From: Tubulanus polymorphus
Lineage: Eukaryota; Animalia; Nemertea
Length of the DNA: 64,000 nucleotides
Assembly (NCBI RefSeq): GCF_964204645.1
Contig: NC_134026.1
Coordinates: 25,702,150 to 25,766,149 of the forward strand
Direction: 5' to 3'
Shown: positions 1 through 11,500 of the stretch, piece after piece
Numbering within the stretch: the stretch's first letter is position 1
Layout: each line of letters starts with the position of its first letter
The notes under the pieces: generated by a model
Databases searched by the model: none
The model's input: only the letters and a program-made list of their open reading frames with translations
Told to the model about the DNA's origin: nothing
Position numbers and translations under genes: made by a program

Positions 1-1345
1 TGCTCGTCATTTTCGACCTGGTCGAAACCGATAGTTGTCTGGTTGGCTTGATGGCAGTATTCAATCAGAACACTATTGATACATGTTAAACACTGAGATT
101 TTGTAAAAAGACTTTCCAACAACAAATCTAAGTTTCCACATTCTTTGTTACCAATTATATGTTTTGTGGCTAGTTTCATTATCTCTTCACCAAATTCTTT
201 TTCTAGATCTAAACGAAAATTTTGTGCAATAACTTCTTTCATTAAATTACCCTTCACAATATCATTGAATAATTCCTTGTACAACAACACTTGAAGATGG
301 TGGGAATGTTTTTGTGATTTTGATGGCATTCTGCAATCATTTCGAGTCTTGAATTCTAAAAGTTCAATTTCCATAGTTTCTGGGTCACAGCGCAGTTCGT
401 CAATGATACCCATGAAAAACACATCCTTTCCAAATGGAGCTCCAAAAATTGGTACCTCTCGACAAACCTTGGCTCCCTGTAGTAGCTGGTCAATTGATGT
501 CAAAAGGTTGAGCACTTTAACTGCAAATATATCCTCATCCGATGTAGTTTTTATCTTCACAACATCATGAACCTCTAACTCTTAAAAATGAACAAAATAT
601 TTTGTAGGTTAAATACAGCAAATACTATTCATAATTAAAACGAATTAAATGAAACCAAGAAGTGAGATTTTAACAGAATATTTCACTAACCTCTAGCTAA
701 GTGAAGATTTGACCCAGCGGTAACTATTTTACTTTCTTCAATAGGAGGTATAATTTGTGGCACAAGGAACGCCACGCCAGTAAGTTTGTATATCATTTGA
801 TGTTCACACCATGACTGACTGATCAAGTCAGACACCCACAGATAACCGCCACGAATTCTTTCCAGCGGGTTCTGGCCTTTGCTGCTTCTTTTCTCAAGTA
901 AAGAAGAACAACTAATTGTTAAAACACCACCTGAAATTCAAAACAGTTTTAAATAACAATAGGGAGGCCTAGCTTCACAAAGACAGAACTGAAAAGTAGT
1001 AGACCCCATAAACTATTCGATTTAAAGGGTAAAGCTACAAATCAGAAGTTGGTTAAATTTAACCATGTGAGTGCTAATCATCCGAACAAGTCCAAGGTTT
1101 ACCAAAACTTGGAGTAATCACTGAATAATGATTACTTGCGGTAAGTAATTTTCTTGCGGTTGAAAAAGCCGCCATTTTGTTGTTGGTAACATGGAAAATC
1201 CGTTTAATAGAGAAAAAGATGATATTTGGGAATTACCTTCATGATTTTCATTGATCTTGATTTTCTCACGATCTATCTCAGTTGCAGCTAGGATAAGCAC
1301 ATCATCACTTATTTCATCACCCCACTGGTCTTCAAATTCAGCCAT
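1..1345 (-). CDS. EXO5: Exonuclease V (EXO5/DEM1 family), 5' part; continues past the left edge
   Basis: Exons at about 1135-1345, 691-930 and <1-580 translate to SVTDLISQSWCEHQ, GSNLHLARELEVH, REVPIFG, FFMGIIDEL, ELLEFKTR and HHLQVLLYK, the Fe-S/RecB-type nuclease motifs of Exo5. Confidence 0.88.
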
Positions 1346-1432
1346 CTAAATGAGTTTGCAATCGAAGAAAAAAATTAAAACAGATTAAATTTCCCTGGGC
1401 GCAGCCATGTTATTTTTGCTGCAAGAAACGTA

Positions 1433-1597
1433 GGTTCGAATCCTGATCATTATTCTTACGAATATGACTTAGTTTATGATTTTATTTGTTTCATTTCGAT
1501 TGATTTTGTGATAATTGACAAGCAAAAATAAAAAAAATTCTATGAAAATATATCAAATTCAAATGTTTTCTCTAAATAGTAATCTGGGATTCGAACC
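1433..1597. other. Two inverted Pol III B-box-like motifs (tRNA/SINE relic or isolated TFIIIC sites)
   Basis: GGTTCGAATCC at 1433-1443 and its exact reverse complement GGATTCGAACC at 1587-1597. No full cloverleaf was found. Confidence 0.35.
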
Positions 1598-1830
1598 TCC
1601 TTCTTATTTAGGTACTTGTGCGTTTCTATAGAAACCATATCACTACGCTATCGGTATGATTTGCAATAATCATTCGGTTTATGGACCAAAACAACACTTA
1701 GAAAATAGATTTGTGTATTGAAGTACCAACGACATAAGAATAGATGCACCATTTGATTGAATTTGAATATGAACTATATCATGAGTAAAATCTGCGAAGT
1801 TTTACATTGTATATATAAGGGGTAAACTGG

Positions 1831-1842
1831 CGTCACTTCCGG
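1831..1842 (-). promoter_or_regulatory. Overlapping ETS/CRE motif in the EXO5-LIAT1 divergent promoter
   Basis: CGTCACTTCCGG (CCGGAAGTGACG on minus), about 115 bp upstream of the LIAT1-like ATG. Confidence 0.5.
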
Positions 1843-1956
1843 GTTCGTTTTGACACTAGTAGTAGTGATTTTTTAGGTTTACTGCACCGTCTTTTTGTTC
1901 GATTCATCGAACATGGGGACATTAAAATAACTCGGGACACGACGAGTCACTCAAAA

Positions 1957-3544
1957 ATGGAAGGCAAACACAAAAGCAACAAGAAAAACCATAATAATGG
2001 ATCATCTCCGTCAGAGCAAAAATCCGATAAGAAAAAAAATTCCGCAAAACGCCGCAACCGAAAAAAGAAACGAACGGCAGCCATCGGTGGGAACAATACA
2101 ATCGATTGCGATAGTAAAGTAGCGTTGTTACAGTTGCAAAATGCAACTGCATCAACATTGACCTGTGAAATCAACTGTGAAGTCAATAATAATGATTCGG
2201 ACGTTAGTGTTACTGCCGTGAGCCATCAACAAGATTTTAAAGAGTTAAAAAAGAACAACAGTGCCATAACAAGTAATGGTAGTCATGAAAGGATTCATTC
2301 TGATGAAGCATTAAAAGGCAATTCAATTGTCCCTCCACAGAGTACAGTTACGGGTAAATATTAATTGCTTAATGATTTTGGTTTCTATACTATAATAGGT
2401 AACAGCATTCCGATCTCCAAGAAATTAATGAACTCAAGATCAGACAATGATTCCAGATCAAAAATTTCAGATCATATTGCTTCAGTAACAGAGCGGCAAT
2501 TATAACTATCACTATTTACCTAGCAATTAAGACGAATATAGTGGAGGCAACCAGTTTGATAGGCGGGGATGGCCTCCACTTTTGCTTGCAATCACTATGT
2601 CATAAATTGAGTATTCGAACAAAATTATAAGCCTGAAGACACTGATACATGACTTCTGACGACAGCTTCAAATGGCGTTTGAGCTTTCGATGCTGAAGAA
2701 ATTCTTTAACAAGCGTGCACGCACACTTATCAATACCTCGTAGACATAGGCCTAGTTATTTTGTACTTAAACACTGAATTACTAAGCTGTGCTCTATTGT
2801 AACTTAATACAACAGCACATTCTTTATGTATATGCTTTCAACTTGTAATGAAGAAATGAATCAACAACATATTGCCTGCATGTCACATTATATTGGGGGC
2901 ATTAACCGCTGGTGTTCAATTACACGTATCCATTGTTAGTTCATCTGTTTACCTCGTTTACTGGATAGACATATATTTGTTAAGATTACCTGTTATGCTT
3001 TCCACATTTCAGCCTGGCCATAGAACTATTAGTATTATTTCCAAATCTTATACTTTATTTTCCAGGTACTGTATCAGAGAGCATAGTTGCCAATCTCCGT
3101 GCTATACACATCAATGATCAGAATAGTAGTAAAAAACTGAAAAAAAGTTCATCTTCCGGATCTTTAGTTTCAAAAAAGATATTCAAATCCGTATCGAAAT
3201 CTAAATCAACAACTTCAGCTACGCCATCGAGTGGAAAATCTAAACAGTCAAAAATTAGTACTTCACAAATCGTCTACAACGAGAGTCTGCGGTGGGAAGA
3301 ACAAACAAATGACCCAACAGAGGAGGAAAATCGATTGAAAGTTTACAAAATGAACCGCAGGAAACGATATCTAGCAGAAAGACAACGTCTTGGCCTCGAT
3401 TGTTCAGTGTATAATAGTGGTTCCAGTTCATATTCGGGCAGTAGTTCAGACTCATTACCTACCGATTCTATTGTGCCAACATTTGCCATGAATCCGATCC
3501 ATACACATAGGACTGATATGGACATACGTGTAAACTGTGCTTAA
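1957..3544 (+). CDS. LIAT1: LIAT1-like protein (ligand of ATE1, C17orf97 family), 2 exons, about 291 aa
   Basis: Exons 1957-2353 and 3066-3544 join in phase 1. There is an N-terminal basic tract (KRRNRKKKR) and the Liat1 domain NESLRWEEQTNDPTEEENRLKVYKMNRRKRY. Confidence 0.82.
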
Positions 3545-4673
3545 CCCATTGAAATAATAATAATCTTCTAACAATTATTCTTGAAATAGGTCAAAGCTGG
3601 CTTTTCATAGTGCCAAATTCCCTGTCTGTTAATTCAAATTTTTTAATGAAGCTTTACACTGTGTGGAATGTATTGTATTGGATTTTAATGCATAATCAAA
3701 CCATTAGTTGTTACTCTTTACTACTCATGTAAAATGCAGGTGGTTTTAGTTTATTTGTCTCACATGACTGCAATGGAATGTTTATTTCATATACAACACC
3801 TTTAAGATTTGAGCGCTTTAATTTACCTAGAAGTCTAGAGTTAACTTAACAAATTCTTTCCTTAATACTTGTGATAAACAACTGACTCCGTACATACAAT
3901 GTATTTTCTACCAAATTTTACATCACATTTTGTGCCTATTTAATATTTAACAACAGTTTAAGCTACCATGTAATAGTTTTTAAGATTAACATGGGGTTTA
4001 AACCCTTGTACAAGATATATATCAATGAGATTTTGGATTGGTAGTTGAGTGATCAAGTATTGGTAATTAAAAATTACTTAACTGGAGATAGCATTTAATA
4101 CTAAGCTTTATCTGTTTTAAACCCACACCAACAATATTTGCTAATTCAAATTTGAGTACCGGTATGCAAATATAACATATAATATATGCAGTGATTGATA
4201 TTTGAATCAAATAAAAATTATGTAATCTCCTAGTTTCGAAATTATTATCTTTTTATGCCTGTTTGTTGAGATCAACCCTTCCTCAAGATGACAAGAAATA
4301 CGTAAAATGATTTATCAACCATTTATTTTCAGAGAAATAAATAAAAGATACAAATAAATCATTGCCAACCCTTTCCGTCGAGGCATTAGATCATGAATAT
4401 AAATACTGTATAATTAAAATATAAGATTTATGATAAACGTATTAAAAGAATTTAGCACCACATTTTTGTAGATAATCAATGGCCCGCAAAAGATAATTAG
4501 AAACATACTTTCCATTTAGTCATTCATATTCATTCACATGATATTATCACACCTTCGTAGATATTCATGAAACATTGTCTTTAACACATATTATCCACCA
4601 ATAAATTCCCAAACGCCCATATCATGGCTTTATTTTTCAAATATTATGACTTAAATAATTCTAAATTAATAAT

Positions 4674-7600
4674 CTAAATTATTTCAGGTTTGAATTTCCC
4701 TTCTTTGAACAGCTGCTGCCACTTCGGACCATTAGGATATTCGTAGTCTATGAGCGATTGTTCATGCATCTCGCAACTATATCCAGCCATCTAGAAGAAA
4801 CAACATTATTACTTCATACCAAAAAGATGCCATTGTGAAAATCCATAAAAAGTAGAATGTCATACCGTAGGAGCTAGGTAGCAGGCATTTCTAGTGCGAA
4901 CAGGGTCTTTGAAATGTTCGTGTAGATGATCCACATGTTCTATCACTCTACAAGTTAACAGAATTATACCATTCATAATAGAGAAAAAAATCCAATACAG
5001 CAAACATGTAAATGGATATTGTTTACTTTTTGCCTATGTCAGTACTGATGCATATAATATTGAAGAATTGCAAGTGCTGCACTAATTCACACAACCCAAC
5101 ACCGCCAGCATGTGGACAGACGGGCACTGTAAGAAATGGAAAATATTATGAATGTTCTAGAGCCTCAGAAGATCTGATGTAGTGAGACAAAAATCTTGCA
5201 TATACCTCCAAATTTCTCGGCTAATAGCATAATGGCAATGTTTTCATTGACACCTCCAACTCTTGCCGCATCAATTTGACAGTATTGCATTGCTTCAGCT
5301 TGTAAAAACTGTTTGAACATAACGCGATTTTGACACTGTTCACCTGTAGCTACACCTATACCAATAGGATTCAGAGCCTAAAATTGAAACACACTTGTAC
5401 GCATAACAACGATCGTCCTTCAATAGCCATGACATTTTTTTTTGCACTATCAGTACCTTAGCTATAGCAGCATGTCCAAGTACATCATCAGGACTGGTAG
5501 GTTCCTCTATCCATAAAGGTTTGAACCTAGCTAAAGCCTTCATCCAATCAATTGATTCCTGAACATTCCAACGTTGATTAGCATCAGTCATCTACAAATA
5601 GCAAAACTATTTTCTTTAAATCTGAAACGAAATTGAAGTATTTAACTACCACAGATTCTTTGTTATTAACCATTTGATTTTCATATCCAATCTCTTCTCG
5701 GATTATAGTACAGCGTCTTATATCATCTTGCAGATCTGCACCAATTTTCACCTTGAATCTGAGAAAATTATATCAATTGTCTAACAAGCATGTACACACT
5801 CAGCAGTGAGTTTTAAACACGATTAAAGGATCTCATGGACTTACTTAGTGAATCCATCAGCAAGGTATTTTTTGCAAAGCTGCAATGAAATAATGTTAAG
5901 CGCGATGACTGGTTGAGAAATTCAGAGACGATTCTTTTTAATGAAGTAATCTGGATCCTGTTCAACGGCGTGGAATTTGACTTCGGAGTTAATCCTATCT
6001 TAGCTGCAGCGTCACTGATGAGTCTAACATCATTCTTAAAAGTTTTTAAAGGCTTAAAACGTCTCAGAATCTTGACTTACCATTCGTATCTTATCATCGC
6101 TATATCCAATCCATCCACAATGAGTAGTGTAAGCTGGAAAACCAGATTCTAACATCGCTTTTTCTGAAAATGGATATTTACAATGTACAAAATCTTGTAT
6201 CATTATAGGCCTAATAGAAATAGAGCCGGTAATTATTAATGCTAGAGCAATGATGAAATATTAATTGCATTAATTCTGACTAATGTTAATTTAAACGAAC
6301 GTAACCCCTACCACGTATTTCTTTTCCTTGTTGACCTTTCCTAAGGATATCTAGAATTGAAATATTTTAGCCTACAAACAACCTACCAGGTACATGTATA
6401 CAAAAATTATTAGAATTGGTAGTCATATTTACCAAGAGCTTCCTCTTCAGTCAGAGCATCTGATCTGTAATAGAAAATACAATATACAGACCTTGTGATT
6501 ATAACTATTTAGAGCTTGTAAATTGAAAAGGTTTAAAATTAAATGAATAACACCAGATTCGCCGTAAAAACAATACAGCATCTTAAACACTGTATGCCTA
6601 CCCAGTCATAGTTTTAATGAAAGTAATGTTAGATTTTGCTATTGACCTAGGGTATCGTTTTTCTTCCAATTGATCTAAAAAACAACAAACCAACAGGATC
6701 GATAGATCATAGAACAACTTACATATAACGGAAATCTATCAAAGAAACAATTTCTTCTGGTCTCTAAAACATACAAAAAGGTTTTACCGATTTAAATTAC
6801 TTCAAATGAAAATTCCTTCAAAATGTTAAGATCTACCCTCGGCACTCGGATTTAATCTTCCATTAAATAATGCTTACCATATCTGCTAGTAATTTCCACA
6901 CTGGCTATAAAATAATCACAAAATGCATAGAACTGATTAGGCTACATATGAAAAAATATAATTTCTTTATAGAATAATTCAATCTAAGAACAAGTACCTT
7001 ATTAGACATTTTTCCCCATAAATCCCACAATGCATTCAAGACAGCAGCTGTAGCAAGGTGTATAACACCTTTTTCTGGACCTATCTGAAATAATAAGAGA
7101 GATTTACTATACTTCTAGCCTACTGACTGAGTATTTCATAACAAACCTTTATCATAGCTTACCCATCTTAGTTGGCTGTCACTTGTCAACTCGCGATAGA
7201 ATTTCCCAAAGTTACAGAATATATCAGTTGTATTCCGTCCAACCACAAACCTGGCTAAAGATTTCGCTGCTACAACAACTGGAAGAGATCAACTAAACAG
7301 TTAAATTGATGTCTACAAAAATCAGAAATAATCTAAAAACTGAGGATGCCCTATCTTACCTATATCAGTCCCTCGACCAATTGTAAATGTCAAGCCATGG
7401 CCTTCGTGCTTGCCATCTCCTTTGATAATCACATAAGCACACGAATAATCAGGGTCAGGGTGCTAAAAATATAAGACGGGTGATTTTAGTACTGAGACTT
7501 AGGTAGCCTATCTGACTTTGTTCTTATCGGTAGCTAAGTGCATATTGATAAAGTTATTCTAACCATATAGGCCTAGTGTGTCCTATTCAAAGATTAATTC

Positions 7601-8084
7601 AAGGTGGAGCAGGACAGTATAGGCCTAGGCTGCAAGTCATTCCTTGGGTTGACAACTCATATTAGAAAAAGAAATTCAGGTAAATCTTAAAATCAAGAAG
7701 TTTGAGATTTATGTTTAATGCAATTATTGATCTCATGAAATAAATGTGAAATTTAAATGCAATAAGATTGGGTTGAGTTTCTTGAAATTTGCAAAATTTG
7801 TTTTAAAAATTGAACTAGCCTGGTTTAAAGACATCGTAAATCTCAGAAATTCTCTCCCTCTCTGTACTTCTTAACTCCTCATAGTCTACCAAAAGATAGT
7901 CAACTCGCTAATTTAGGCCTAAAACAGACATTGTGTTGTTCTATCATTTTCCCTCAGTCATATAGTCATACTTTAACTTTACAACACTAAAACAGTCAAT
8001 TGATTTTACCATAGCATCGGATCCATCTGCATCTAATGATGTTGGAAAGCGAATGTCTTTAACTTGTAATGATGAGATTTTCAT
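4674..8084 (-). CDS. ENOSF1: Mitochondrial enolase superfamily member 1 (L-fuconate dehydratase), about 16 exons
   Basis: [25 protein letters not shown]|[67 protein letters not shown] and [10 protein letters not shown]; canonical splice sites. Confidence 0.96.
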
Positions 8085-8582
8085 GGTTGATGAGCATTTG
8101 AACCACGGTCCGGATTATGTGTGTGTGGAAGGTTTACACCTGTCCGTCAGTCAGCAATCAGCTGTGATTGTGTGTGACGCGCGCGCTCGGGTCGCGACAA
8201 ATGCTTCAAATATGTGGGTCATCAGCGATAATCACTGATCGCACACTCAGATACGACCACGTAGACCTATAAACGATAACTGAGCTTATTTTTGAGATGT
8301 TCCATTTCTGTATTTTAATCTATTATCACGGGCCGTGAGCCATTTATATTTTTGGGGCTCGATCCTTACGCTGAATCAAGGGGAATTTCACAAGAGTTTG
8401 GGCTGTTGACGTTCGAGCCCCAAATATCCGAACACTAGTATGGTTCTCAGTAGTTAAAGGGTTAATATTTACGGCGCGCTGCCGCGTCATAAAATCTAAT
8501 AATTTTGATTGGCTGCATGACGCACACCTCTCTCATTCATAAATTACTATTGACGCTCTACACGTAGAGCAAGAGAGTTAAA
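8085..8582. promoter_or_regulatory. Bidirectional promoter region ENOSF1/MFSD2
   Basis: About 500 bp between divergent ATGs. CpG-rich patches, an inverted CCAAT (GATTGG, near 8507), several TGACG half-sites and a 12-bp inverted repeat (8351-8362 / 8413-8424). Confidence 0.6.
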
Positions 8583-11500
8583 ATGGCTATCACCCGCGAT
8601 AGAGAGATGTCGGATATTCAACAAAATGATGCCGCAATTAAAAGCACCGATGTCCTTATTACGCCTAAAGCCGGCAAGGTAAATTACGCTCTTTATTCAC
8701 TTTGAATCGGCGTAGCAAAATAAACTGACCATGGGGGGAAGAAAGCGATGATTGGAAGGAGACGAGGTCGAGATGATGGCCGGCTAGAGAGGCCGAGGGA
8801 GAGATGTTTTCATTTCAGACTTGGAGGTGGCCACGTTGTCGTTATTATCTACGTACAAGAATTAACAATTTAATGTTCTTTTTTGTCTCATCCGTGTCGG
8901 AATAACCGTTAATTATATCCTAACGTCCGGTTTACAATTCTTGCGAGCCAGTGTTTAAAGTCTGAGGTCCAGATCTTGGCAAATCAGGAAATTGGCATCC
9001 AGCCAAATTTTAAAAATGGTTTTCTTTTAAAAAGATGTTTTTATTGCTTCGTCCAATAGCTGTATTTTCAGTCAAATTTGATATCACTCTATAATCGAGG
9101 TCCTCTTGCATCTGAGCAAAGTTTATCATATCTCTCAGCCTTGTCTGAATTAATTGTTGACCTTATTGGTGTAATCAGAGGCTCAAATCCTTGGCTTACA
9201 AATGAAAACTGACCCCCACATCAGTCAGAAGCCTTAGTGTGAATACCAGCTGATCTCTGGTTACCCCAAGCAAGATATAAACAAAACTTTTTTCTGGAGC
9301 AATAGATACCAGACCAAGTGCAGTGTTGTTGATATTTCAGGAACCAAAATCTTTTTATAGGTGTTATTAATCTACCAAACTTTAATAAAATCAAATCTTG
9401 TCCTTCCTTATCATTCTTAGCCATCTGATAACTGATTGATAGATGACCTATTAGATACTGGGACTATAGAACTATATATAATAGAATTTAAACAGTAGGT
9501 CTATGACTGCTGGTAATTTGGTTATTCATACATAGCCTATAGCCTATATCATTACAACAATGTTGGATAATTCAGCAAGTATCTCGTTAGGCCTACCTGG
9601 TATTTTGATACTTCATTTTAGTGAAAATTATGAAAATAGTTATTTAAATGTACTATCACTTTTTCAGGAAGCTCGCCCACTCATGGAGGGACATACTCCA
9701 AAACCACCTAAAGAAAAGAACCTTACGATCATTCAAAAATTATGTTACGCTGTTGGTGGTGTCCCATATCAGATGACCGGGAATGCCATCGGTTTCTTTA
9801 TATCAATATTCTTCCTTAATATTGCTCAGGTAATTTGAAGATCAGAAACATCTTTCCTATTCAAAGTTGCTTATTGTCAAATCTCTAAAATTCATCATTC
9901 ATTTTTGCATTGTAGGTAAATCCGTTTTATAGCCCAATCATCATCCTAACCGGAAAAGCTTGGGATGCCATCACTGATCCGTTAGTCGGGTTTTTCGTCA
10001 GTAAAACTAATACACGATTTGGACGTATGCGACCATGGTAAGTATGCCTGGAATACCTGTGTGTCTGACATTAATAATTTCAAAAGGATAATCGAATTTA
10101 GGAATTACTAAATTCATATATCGCTTCTTACATCAGGATAATACTTTCGGGACCGTTTGGATGCGTGGCTTACTTCTTTCTTTGGTATGTTCCGGACATA
10201 AGCGATGAAGGAAAACTTGGATATTATTTCATCTTATACTGCAGTTTCATGGCGTTAATCACGGTAAGACAAATATTGTTATTTACATTAACTAGAGAAA
10301 GCATCAGTTTTAAGCCTACTGGTACAGTCAATAGGATCTGCAATCATACACAGAAAATGAGAATGGGTACTATTTTTAAGTTTCTTTTCTAAAAAGATTC
10401 TGACTCAATTTTGCAATATCGACAGCAGGCGCGTTGGAAGCAATGTTGTATTGCTGCGGTCAAATGCCGATTTTGGACAGATTCTTAATATTGCCGCGGC
10501 GAATTGACTTAATTTCTTTTAAAACGTGGTATTCAAAGAAAAAAAAACGTCATTCAGTAAATTATTGCAGCGGCGATGCACTTCCAACGCCACTGTACAG
10601 GATACTATTGTTAAAACGATATACTGAAATCTATGGTGAGTGGCGTAGATATATATCTTCTTCTGAAATGAAAAGCAGCTGTGCTTGTATCCAATTTTTA
10701 GAAAACGATTCAAGATTCCTTGACGGTATTTTAGAAATATAGACCTTGGTATTCATGCATTAAGTGGCATTTGTGTCAGTGTGAAAAGCAATTAAAGCAT
10801 TCGACATTAGAATTCCCGGGTAGAGCTGGGATTATGAGTTTTGACGGCTTTTAATTTGTCAAATAAGGACAGAATTTTACATAAAATACTCATCTGATAA
10901 TAAGCGAGGCAATTTATTGGTCGCTGTATAGCGTCTGCTAGTGCTAGCAGCTGAGTACACGAGCACTAACAAAGACTGAGTAATGTGCGGGTGTAGAGCG
11001 AGCATTATGAGTGGATCAGGCGATGTGATGTGTGGTGTGTTTGTTTTCTGTCGTCATATCACGTCACTACACCAGACATTCGTGTTTTTGAATGGATTGC
11101 AATTCACAACGAAAATCATGACAGAAAACGATTGTCTGTTCGAAATTTCATATTTCCCTGTATATCTTTACATCCAGCATCCGGGAAGTACATTGATCAT
11201 ATATCAGGATTATAATCACCCAAAATATCAGTCGTAGAATAACTACTTAATGAAAACATCCTGTCGATGGAACAGACAGGAATCTCTGTGTAAAGATAGA
11301 TGCGGTAGATAAATCCCATAACATAAATTCCAAAGAAGAGCAAAAAAAGTTTAACAAAAATACTTCTAATAGGTACATAAAACATATTGTTAAAGAATCT
11401 CCAGGGCCCTCCATCGATTGTCTGAAATTTGAACTTTTCTATTGCTGGGGTTTTATATCGTATTTAAAAACTATGAAATTATGTTCACTATATTACAGTG

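Noticed and set aside
1397-1660. Functional tRNA gene
   Set aside because: B-boxes are present but no acceptor stem or anticodon arm can be folded.
5925-6066. CTGATGAG hammerhead-like core in an ENOSF1 intron
   Set aside because: The required GAAA after stem II is absent (TTAAAAC instead) and there is no proper stem I or cleavage triplet; at most a decayed relic.
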